Below, piece after piece: positions 1-8,385 of a stretch of 12,106 nucleotides of DNA (the first letter of the stretch is position 1; each line of letters starts with the position of its first letter). A model generated the notes under the pieces. That model had not been told where the DNA came from, made no database searches, and saw only the letters and a program-made list of their open reading frames with translations. This DNA is from Archangium sp. (GTDB lineage Bacteria > Myxococcota > Myxococcia > Myxococcales > Myxococcaceae). Location of the stretch: NCBI GenBank assembly GCA_031367385.1, contig JANLPS010000296.1, positions 1 through 12,106 on the forward strand, in the 5' to 3' direction. The position numbers and the translations under genes are program-made.

Positions 1-166
1 TGTGCGCGCTTCCCGCATCGCTGTGCGCGCTCCCCGCATCGCTGTGCGCGCTTCCCGCATCGCTGTGCGCGCTCCCAACAGGCCTGTACGCGCTTCCCGC
101 ACGGCTGTGCGCGCTCCAACAGGCCTGTACGCGCTTCCCGCCTCGTTGTGCGCGCGCCGGCATCGC
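1..166. repeat. Degenerate ~21-bp tandem repeat (at least 8 units, truncated at window start)
   Basis: Units start at 1, 22, 43, 64, 85, 106, 126 and 147. Consensus is TGTGCGCGCTTCCCGCATCGC, with variants TGTGCGCGCTCC(C)AACAGGCC and TGTACGCGCTTCCCGC. Units 6 and 8 are 20 nt. No unique spacers. Confidence 0.95.
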
Positions 167-260
167 TGCACTGGGAAGATCGCTCGCAACAGGTCCTCAC
201 GACGGTGGTCATCAAAGACCTCTGACCGCGATCTGGGTGCCCGTCAGCGGGGTACTGCAA

Positions 261-1217
261 CTAAGTCATTTTGGTCGAACCAGCTTCGGTGAGGGGCTGC
301 GCAAGCTCGGCGGCGTCGAGCTTGGCGTAGCCACTCTGGCCCGCGCCTCGGTAGACGAGAGGCTTGAGGCCCTTTTCTTCAGCGACCTTGGCCGGCACCA
401 CCACGTAGCCGAGGGTCGCCCACTGCATCACCTCGGGCCGCGTCGTGCCCTCTTCGAGCGAAGCCGGCTTGTTTTTGACGACCTTGGCCACCGAGCCACC
501 GTGCGCGCCGTACTCAGCCAACATCGGCCCGTACGCATCGACCACTTGGTTGAGGTGCGGCAGCGCTTGGTCGCCTTCGATGTTGACGAACTTCTCGCCC
601 ATCAAGCGGCTGGTGAGGTTCGCCATTTGGGCGTTCGAGGCGTAGTCACCGTCGCCCTTGAGCGTCGGTTTCTTGCCGATGTTTTTTTCTTTGAGCAGGT
701 GGTTGAGCGCGCCCCACAAGCGGTCAGCCGCCGGCTCCGAGCCGTAAATGCTCTTGAGCGGAAACGACTTGGGGTTCCACTTCACTTCGATGCCACTGGC
801 CAGCGTGACCTTGCCGTCAACTGCCAGGCCGGTGACCAAGCGGGTCATCTCGGCGGCATGGTGAACCGAGTACACGGTGTGGTTCGTGCGGGCGTAACAG
901 CGGCCGAACTCGGCCTGACGGGCTCGCCCTGCCAGGGCGAAGAGGTCAGCCGCCATCTCGGCAGACGGAGAGCCATCGACCAAGGTCTTGGCCTTGGCCA
1001 ATCGCTCGATGTGCTCGAAGGTGGTGGCCTGGCCTTCGAAGTCGACCTGGTGCAGCGCTGCGAGCCGGTTTGGGCTGCGCGTAATCGTCGACTCGGCCCG
1101 CTTTGAAACCTCGACGCCCTCCGCGCGGAGCAGATCGGCCATGGCGGTGGCGCTCGGCCTCCGCGTTGCGTCGGTCAACAATGAGAATTTCTGGCTGCTG
1201 AGAAATGCGAGTTTCAT
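261..1217 (-). CDS. Hypothetical protein, 318 aa; putative papain-like cysteine protease/amidase fold
   Basis: ATG with AGGGG 7 nt upstream. Protein-like composition, unlike the overlapping + strand ORF. Q101-x5-C107 (QAEFGRCY; the only Cys) and H239 (YGAHGGSV). The CDS is well supported; the function is tentative. Confidence 0.75.
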   Translation of the reverse strand: MKLAFLSSQKFSLLTDATRRPSATAMADLLRAEGVEVSKRAESTITRSPNRLAALHQVDFEGQATTFEHIERLAKAKTLVDGSPSAEMAADLFALAGRARQAEFGRCYARTNHTVYSVHHAAEMTRLVTGLAVDGKVTLASGIEVKWNPKSFPLKSIYGSEPAADRLWGALNHLLKEKNIGKKPTLKGDGDYASNAQMANLTSRLMGEKFVNIEGDQALPHLNQVVDAYGPMLAEYGAHGGSVAKVVKNKPASLEEGTTRPEVMQWATLGYVVVPAKVAEEKGLKPLVYRGAGQSGYAKLDAAELAQPLTEAGSTKMT

Positions 1218-1223
1218 GCGTGG

Positions 1224-1250
1224 ACCCCTGCAAGCCTTATCGGCAGGGGT
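1224..1250. repeat. 8-bp perfect inverted repeat ACCCCTGC-N11-GCAGGGGT
   Basis: Arms at 1224-1231 and 1243-1250. It brackets the putative -10 box and covers the Shine-Dalgarno of the minus-strand gene. Confidence 0.7.
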
Positions 1251-1263
1251 TGCTCAAGAGTTC
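1237..1263 (-). promoter_or_regulatory. Putative sigma28 (FliA/WhiG-type) promoter of the 261..1217 gene
   Basis: The minus strand reads GAAC-N15-GCCGATAA. The -10 (1244-1237) is an exact match to the sigma28 consensus GCCGATAA and lies 19 nt before the ATG. The -35 deviates from enteric TAAA. Confidence 0.5.
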
Positions 1264-1429
1264 GCTCGACATCGAGATTAACGAATTTTCAGGTACTGAG
1301 AGCGCCTGCTTCGAAGTCTTTTCAGCACCTTGGCCTCGAGCGATGCTGCGCGACGTGCACGTAAGTCGCTGTTTCTGATGCGCGTTTCGTTCGGAGGGAA
1401 GGAACACCAGCGCGCGCGGCAAGAACAGA

Positions 1430-2305
1430 ATGGAGCTACCGATGTTGTCGCAAGGCCGCGCGGAAACCCGGCCACCCCCGGCAGAGAACGCGTCGCCCCC
1501 AGACGCCTACAGCATCGAACCCGGCAATAGGTACTTCGACGCGATCAGCGCGGTCGCCAACTTCGAATTACGGCCCGGGCCGTCGGTCTCATTCATGGCC
1601 GAGGTCGACCTGACCCAGGTACACGCTGTTCGCCAGCGCGCGGCAGCCGGCGCGAAGCCCTCGTTCACCGCCTTCGTCGCCAAGGCCATCGCCGTCGCCT
1701 TGAAAGAATTTCCGTACGCCAACCGCCGGGTGTGCCGCCCGCCCTCGCTGCTGTGGTTGGTGACGCGGTTGCAACGCTTCACCCGGTGCGACATCGCAAT
1801 CGCCTCGGAGCGTGATGTGCCCGGCGCCGAGTCGGTGGCCTTCTTCGACGTGTTTCGCGACGTCGACCGGCTTACGCTCGAGGGCTTGACCCACGGCCTG
1901 CGCGAGCTCTCGACCAGCGACGCATCAACCAACGCGCAGTGGCGTGCATTCAGCACGCTCGTGACCCGGTTGCCGGCATGGCTGTCGACCCTGCTGATCC
2001 GCCTGCCCTACTTCTTCCCCCACCTGTGGGTGCGCTACCGCGGGGCGGCAGTGCTGATCAGCTCACCCGCGAAGTACGGCGTCGATGCCGTGATGGCAAC
2101 GCAGTCGTTCCCCTTGTCGGCGGCGTTTGGGCTCGCCAAGCTGCGGCCAGTGGTTCGCGATGGGCGTCTCGAGCCGTGCCTCACCTTCGCCCTGACGGTC
2201 AACTTCGACCGGCGCATCATGGCCGGCGCCCAGGCCGCGCGCTTCTTTCGGCGCGTCGTCGAGGTGCTCGAGTCGGCTGAAACCTCGCTCTCGCACTCGC
2301 CATGA
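1430..2305 (+). CDS. Stand-alone 2-oxoacid dehydrogenase E2-like acyltransferase catalytic domain, active-site motif degenerate
   Basis: AEVDLT, FTAFVAKAIAVALKEFPYAN and RPVVRDG...LTVNFDRRIMAGAQAARFF align with the E2 catalytic domain. No lipoyl or E3-binding domain. The start may be ATG 1442 (GGAG at 1432-1435). Confidence 0.85.
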   Translation: MELPMLSQGRAETRPPPAENASPPDAYSIEPGNRYFDAISAVANFELRPGPSVSFMAEVDLTQVHAVRQRAAAGAKPSFTAFVAKAIAVALKEFPYANRRVCRPPSLLWLVTRLQRFTRCDIAIASERDVPGAESVAFFDVFRDVDRLTLEGLTHGLRELSTSDASTNAQWRAFSTLVTRLPAWLSTLLIRLPYFFPHLWVRYRGAAVLISSPAKYGVDAVMATQSFPLSAAFGLAKLRPVVRDGRLEPCLTFALTVNFDRRIMAGAQAARFFRRVVEVLESAETSLSHSP

Positions 2306-2751
2306 CCATGCGCTCCATCGAGACTTCAATCGAGATCGCCGCACCCCTCGAGCGAGTGTGGGCGATCTTGAGCGATCTGTCGGCCTATCACGAGTGGAAC
2401 CCTTTGATTCGCGAAGCGAGCGGCGACTTGCAACCGGGCGGCCTGGCGCAGCTGTTCATCGCCACGCCTGGCCTGGCCAAAAGGCGCGTGGCAGTCAGAG
2501 TGCTCGCGCTCGACCCTTTGAAAGAAATTCGCTGGCTCGGTCGGCTCCTGCTGCCGGGCGTGCTCGATGGCGACCACCGCTTCGTGTTGAGCCCACTGTC
2601 AGCCGGGCGGGTGCGGGTGGTTCAGCAAGAGGCGTTTCGCGGGCTCTGCGTGCCCTTCGTCGAACGGTGGCTGTTGCCCAAAATGACGCTCGGCTTTCAG
2701 GCCATGAACGAGGCGCTTCGGCAGCGAGCGGAGGCGCCCGTGCCCGGTTGA
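2302..2751 (+). CDS. SRPBCC (polyketide cyclase/START-like) domain protein
   Basis: IETSIEIAAPLERVWAILSDLSAYHEWNP N-terminus and GFQAMNEALRQRAE C-terminal helix. ATGA overlap with the upstream stop; alternative start 2308. Confidence 0.9.
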   Translation: MTMRSIETSIEIAAPLERVWAILSDLSAYHEWNPLIREASGDLQPGGLAQLFIATPGLAKRRVAVRVLALDPLKEIRWLGRLLLPGVLDGDHRFVLSPLSAGRVRVVQQEAFRGLCVPFVERWLLPKMTLGFQAMNEALRQRAEAPVPG

Positions 2752-4055
2752 AGCGGCCGACGAACAACGCAGGGCGCCCGCCACCGGCGCTGTTCTCGGG
2801 CCTTCTTCTGCTGAGTCTGGGGCTCATGAGCGCGTGCTCAGGCGAGCGAGTCGTCGCCATTCAAGGCGGAGCCGACGCGGGGCCCGACGAGGTGACCCTC
2901 GAGCGGCAGTGGGGCGTGTACGCGCTCTCGTTTGCGATTGATCGCTGCCCCGATGCCGGCCTGCTGGTTGTTGATACCCTCGCAGACGAGCTCGAGGGCG
3001 GCGCAGGGCTCAACGCGCGCGCCGGTGCGGGGCTGCGGCTTTCGCTGCGCGAGGCACTCTGGCTCGCCGCCAATACGCCAGGGCAACACCTGATCACCTT
3101 CGACCCGATGGTGTTCGCGCCGAGCTCGGGCGCGACCATCTCGATGACTGACGACGCGGAGCCGTTTCCGCCTCCTCTGGTCGACACGTGCATCGATGCT
3201 CGTGGCCTCAGCGTCATCGTCGACTTTCAGGGCTGCGCGCGAAACTGCGCCTGGTCACTCGACCGCCGGTCACAGATGATCGGCCTGGTGCTCAAGGGCG
3301 ACATGGCCATGATGCGCGCGTCAGACGCAGTGGTGGCGGGCAACCGTTTCATGGTGAGGGGCGTCGCCGTTCAAGCCGCGAACGGAGCGGTCATCGGCCC
3401 GTCGAACGTGTTCGGGCACGGCGGCACCGCGGTGCGCATCGACGCCAGCGCCTCCGGGGCAACCACCATACCCAGCGTCGAAGAAAATTCATTCGGCGTC
3501 GAGCCAGCCACGGGCGCAGACCTGGGCCTGGGCGTAGCGGTGTCAGCGGTGGGCCGGCTTCGAATCATCAACAACGTCAGCAACGCGGCGATGGAGCTGG
3601 GCGGCAACGAAGGGGGAGGACTTTCGGCCAACCAGCTCGTTCACAGCGGTGCCAAACCGCCGCGAGTCACCCTGAGTGGAGACGGTTGGCTCATCAGCCA
3701 GAACCTGCTCGGGGGCGGGGTGGAGAACAGCCCCCCAGCGGGGCAAGGCAATACGGTGATTCAAAACATCATCGACGAGAGCCTGGTCAGCGTCGGCGCA
3801 GTCGCTCCACCGACCGATGGGGGCGTGGGCTCGGTCAGCGGTACCTGCCCACCGGTGGTGGGCATGGTCGAGCTCTACTCACATCTTGGAGCGCGGTGGT
3901 CTCCGGTCGCTTTCACGACGTGCGAACCAGGCGCAGAGTGGAGCCTGACCTCGGCGTCGCTCGTGCCCGGAGTCGAGGTGAGCACGCTCTTTACCGTGAC
4001 GACCAAGCCCAACACCGGGCCGTTCAGCGCGCCGTTGACGATTCACGCCCCGTAG
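2748..4055 (+). CDS. Putative lipoprotein with CSLREA-like motif and right-handed beta-helix region (~435 aa)
   Basis: TTG at 2748 overlaps the SRPBCC stop (TTGA). A hydrophobic stretch ends in LMSA-C (Cys codon 2835). VVDTLADE...LSLREALWLAANTPGQHLITFD (LSLREA at 3039-3056) is followed by Asn/Gly-rich strands (VAGNRF, IGPSNVF, EENSFG, IINNVS, SQNLLG, IQNII). The track's 2358 start overlaps SRPBCC and is unlikely; the true start is uncertain. Confidence 0.75.
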   Translation: MKRPTNNAGRPPPALFSGLLLLSLGLMSACSGERVVAIQGGADAGPDEVTLERQWGVYALSFAIDRCPDAGLLVVDTLADELEGGAGLNARAGAGLRLSLREALWLAANTPGQHLITFDPMVFAPSSGATISMTDDAEPFPPPLVDTCIDARGLSVIVDFQGCARNCAWSLDRRSQMIGLVLKGDMAMMRASDAVVAGNRFMVRGVAVQAANGAVIGPSNVFGHGGTAVRIDASASGATTIPSVEENSFGVEPATGADLGLGVAVSAVGRLRIINNVSNAAMELGGNEGGGLSANQLVHSGAKPPRVTLSGDGWLISQNLLGGGVENSPPAGQGNTVIQNIIDESLVSVGAVAPPTDGGVGSVSGTCPPVVGMVELYSHLGARWSPVAFTTCEPGAEWSLTSASLVPGVEVSTLFTVTTKPNTGPFSAPLTIHAP

Positions 4056-4058
4056 CGC

Positions 4059-5438
<1,380 letters not shown>

Positions 5439-5485
5439 GGCTCCTCTATTCCACAACCACTCCTTCTGCGTTAGAGCCGCCGTTC

Positions 5486-6502
5486 ATGATTCGGGTCGCC
5501 GTCATCGGAGCGGGCCATTGGGGCCCCAACCTCGTTCGAAACTTTCATTCTGGGCAAGGCAGCGTGGTGACGCACGTGGTCGACACGCGGGCGCAGCGCC
5601 TCGAGCAACTCGCGCCCCGCTACCCCGGCGTGCACTTCGGGGCCGACGCCTCGGTGCCGCTTCGTGACCCGGCGGTCGACGCGGTGGTGGTGTCGACTCC
5701 CACCGCGACGCACTACGAAGTGGTTCGCCAGGCCCTCGAGGCCGGCAAGCACGTGTTGGTCGAGAAACCCATCACCACCACCGTGCGTGAAGCCGAGTCG
5801 CTCAACGCATTGGCGACCAAGCTGCACAAAGTGCTGATGGTCGGGCACGTTTTTTTGTTCAACCCCGCCGTACAGCGGGTCAAGCAGCTGCTTCAGAAGA
5901 ACGAGCTGGGCGGCATTCACTACATCTCGATGGTGCGCACGAACTTAGGGCCCATTCGAGCCGACGTGAACGCCGCGTGGGACCTGGCGTCGCACGACAT
6001 CTCGATCGCCGATTACTGGTTGGGCCACGGCGCGGTCGCGGTGTCGGCCGTCGGTGGCAGCTACGTGAACCCGGGCATTCAAGACGCCGTGTTCGCGACG
6101 CTGACGTACCCGAACAAGGTGTTGGTCAACGTGCACTGCAGCTGGCTCAACCCGCGCAAGGCCCGCGACATCACCGTGGTCGGAGATCGCCGCATGCTCA
6201 CCTTCGACGACATGAACTTGAACGAGCCGGTGCGGGTGTACGACAAGGGCATGGTCGACCCGGCTCCGGCGGCGGTGGTCGATACCTTCGCCAGCTTTCG
6301 CGCGTCGGTGCGCGAGGGTGACATCACCATTCCCAAAGTGGCGATGGGCGAGCCGCTCAAGACTGAGTGCGAGCACTTCTTGGAGTGCATCGCGAAGGGC
6401 TCCGAGCCCCTGACCAACGCGACGCGCGCGGCTTCGGTGGTGCGAGCGCTCGAGGGCATCGCCCGGTCGCTTACGCTGCGCGGTGCCGAGGTGACGCTGT
6501 GA
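5486..6502 (+). CDS. Gfo/Idh/MocA family oxidoreductase, probable NDP-sugar dehydrogenase
   Basis: Rossmann VAVIGAGHWG, HVLVEKP, MVGHVFLFNP and WDLASHD motifs. Coupled to a DegT aminotransferase. Confidence 0.93.
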   Translation: MIRVAVIGAGHWGPNLVRNFHSGQGSVVTHVVDTRAQRLEQLAPRYPGVHFGADASVPLRDPAVDAVVVSTPTATHYEVVRQALEAGKHVLVEKPITTTVREAESLNALATKLHKVLMVGHVFLFNPAVQRVKQLLQKNELGGIHYISMVRTNLGPIRADVNAAWDLASHDISIADYWLGHGAVAVSAVGGSYVNPGIQDAVFATLTYPNKVLVNVHCSWLNPRKARDITVVGDRRMLTFDDMNLNEPVRVYDKGMVDPAPAAVVDTFASFRASVREGDITIPKVAMGEPLKTECEHFLECIAKGSEPLTNATRAASVVRALEGIARSLTLRGAEVTL

Positions 6503-7605
6503 TACCGCTGGTCGACTTAAAGGCGAATTACCTGAGCATCGAGGCCGAGGTGCTCGAGGGCATGCAGCGCGTGCTCTCGACCACCGCCTTCATTCTCGGG
6601 CCCGACGTCGCTGAATTCGAAAAAGAATACGCGGCCTTCGTTGGCGCCAAGCACTGCATCGGCGTCGCCAATGGCACCGACGCGCTCGAGCTGCTCGTTC
6701 GCGCAGCGGGGTTGAGCGGTCAAGACGAAGTGCTCGTGCCCGCCAACTCGTTCATCGCGAGCGCGCTCGGCGTTCAGCGAGCCGGAGCCACCGTGCGCTT
6801 CGTCGACTGCGACGATGACGGGCTGATTGACGTCGAGTCGTGCGCGGCGCGAGCGACGGCGAAGACCCGGGCGGTGTTGCCGGTGCACTTGTATGGGCAG
6901 TGCGCCCCCATGGAGCGGGTCGAAGCCTTCGCGTCGTCAGTGGGGCATGTGCTGATCATCGAAGATGCGGCGCAGGCACAGGGCGCTCGTCGCAACGGGC
7001 GCTCGGCTGGCACCTGGGGCTTCGGCGCGGGCACCAGCTTCTACCCGGGCAAGAACCTGGGCGCCTATGGAGACGCGGGCGGCATCACCACCAATGACGA
7101 CGCCGCCGCGAAGAAGCTTCGAGCGCTGCGAAATTACGGCAGTGAGGTGAAGTACTTTCACCCCGAGGCCGGGTTCAACAGCCGCCTCGACACGATTCAA
7201 GCAGTGGTCTTGCGCGCGAAGCTCAAGCGCCTGAGCGAGTGGAACGCAGCTCGCCGTGCCGCAGCCGAGCGGTACGTGAGCCTGCTGGGCGGCTTCAAAG
7301 ACCTTCGCTTGCCCCGCGTGGTGCCCGGCAACGAGCACATCTGGCACCTCTACCCGGTGCGCGTGCCCGCGACGCTTCGCGACGCGGTCGTCAAGTCGAT
7401 GCAAGCCGCCGGAGTGGGTGTGGGCATTCACTACCCCGTGCCGATTCATTTGCAGGGCGCGTACGCGTCGCTGGGGCACGCGGCCGGTGATTTTCCTCGG
7501 GCTGAGGCGCAGGCGGCCGAGATGATCAGCTTGCCGATGTACCCAGAGCTCACGGTTGATCAGCAAGCGCACGTGGCCGACGCGCTCAAGAAGGCCATGG
7601 CGTGA
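6499..7605 (+). CDS. DegT/DnrJ/EryC1/StrS PLP-dependent NDP-sugar aminotransferase (368 aa)
   Basis: IPLVDLK, GVANGTDAL, PVHLYGQ, IEDAAQAQG, SFYPGKNLGAYGDAG (PLP Lys) and NSRLDTIQA. GTG at 6499 overlaps the upstream TGA. Confidence 0.95.
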   Translation: MIPLVDLKANYLSIEAEVLEGMQRVLSTTAFILGPDVAEFEKEYAAFVGAKHCIGVANGTDALELLVRAAGLSGQDEVLVPANSFIASALGVQRAGATVRFVDCDDDGLIDVESCAARATAKTRAVLPVHLYGQCAPMERVEAFASSVGHVLIIEDAAQAQGARRNGRSAGTWGFGAGTSFYPGKNLGAYGDAGGITTNDDAAAKKLRALRNYGSEVKYFHPEAGFNSRLDTIQAVVLRAKLKRLSEWNAARRAAAERYVSLLGGFKDLRLPRVVPGNEHIWHLYPVRVPATLRDAVVKSMQAAGVGVGIHYPVPIHLQGAYASLGHAAGDFPRAEAQAAEMISLPMYPELTVDQQAHVADALKKAMA

Positions 7606-8384
7606 TTCGAAACTTACGAGAGTTGTACCAGTACCGCGCGCTCCTCTGGGCGCTCACCGTTCGCGAGCTCAAGGCCCGCTACCGCGCCAGCGTGCTCGGC
7701 TTTCTGTGGACGTTCTTGAACCCGACGCTGAGCATGGCGGTCTACGTGCTCGTCTTCGGCTGGCTGATGGAGTCAGACACGCCGAGATTTCCCTACTACG
7801 TGTTCTCGGGCCTCCTGCCGTGGATCTACTTCTCGAGCTCGGTCGGCGCGGGCACCAGCGCGGTCAGCGAGCGCCGTGACCTGCTGACCAAAGTGCGTTT
7901 CCCCGCGCAGGTGTTGCCGGCGACGGTGGTGCTCACCAACGCGATCAACTTTCTGCTCTCGATACCGCTGCTGGTGTTGCTCGGGTTGGTTTACCGCCAG
8001 TTTCCAACCTGGCACTTCGTGTTCATCGTGCCGCTGCTGCTGGTGCAGACCTTGTTCACCCTGGCGATCACCTACGTGCTCTCGGCGATCAACGTGGCCT
8101 TTCGCGACCTGCAGCACATCATCGGCAACGTGCTGCAGCTGGCCTTCTTCGTTACGCCGATCATCTGGCGCCTCGAGCAGGTGAAGACGGTCGAGCAGCA
8201 GCACCTGGTGCTCTACGTGAACCCGATCGCCGCGCTGGTCGAGGCCTGGCACGACGTGCTGTTTCGCCAGAAGGTGCCCGAGACGATGCCGCTGCTGGTG
8301 GTGAGCGTGCTCTCGGTCGTCATGATGTGGCTCGCTTCAGGCGTGTTCGAGCAACGCCGTGAAGAGTTCGCGGAGCTCATCTAG
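7602..8384 (+). CDS. wzm: ABC-2 type polysaccharide export permease
   Basis: RELKARYRASVLGFLWTFLNP, GLLPWIYF, FRDLQHI, FFVTPIIW and several hydrophobic segments. GTGA overlap with the upstream gene. Confidence 0.93.
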   Translation: MIRNLRELYQYRALLWALTVRELKARYRASVLGFLWTFLNPTLSMAVYVLVFGWLMESDTPRFPYYVFSGLLPWIYFSSSVGAGTSAVSERRDLLTKVRFPAQVLPATVVLTNAINFLLSIPLLVLLGLVYRQFPTWHFVFIVPLLLVQTLFTLAITYVLSAINVAFRDLQHIIGNVLQLAFFVTPIIWRLEQVKTVEQQHLVLYVNPIAALVEAWHDVLFRQKVPETMPLLVVSVLSVVMMWLASGVFEQRREEFAELI

Positions 8385-8385
8385 A

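Noticed and set aside
1..166. CRISPR array
   Set aside because: Units are directly adjacent with no unique spacers, and there are no cas genes in the window.
2..292. 96-aa + strand ORF
   Set aside because: It is a translation of the tandem repeat that changes peptide phase at the 20-nt units, and it overlaps the end of the minus-strand gene. It cannot be fully excluded because the window is truncated.
237..1106. 289-aa + strand ORF
   Set aside because: Antisense shadow of 261..1217, Arg/His/Leu-rich with no recognisable motifs.
1331..1347. Sigma54 promoter-like TGGC...TGCT upstream of the E2-like gene
   Set aside because: GG to GC spacing is 11 nt, not the strictly required 10.
1430..2305. 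Calling this aceF/sucB/pdhC, or the missing sugar N-acyltransferase
   Set aside because: No lipoyl domain, no E1/E3 neighbours and no catalytic His. It is also separated from the glycan operon by fumC and other genes.
2358..2747. N-terminal extension of the 565-aa ORF
   Set aside because: It overlaps the SRPBCC gene in another frame and is low-complexity Arg/Ala sequence. The signal peptide begins only after 2748.
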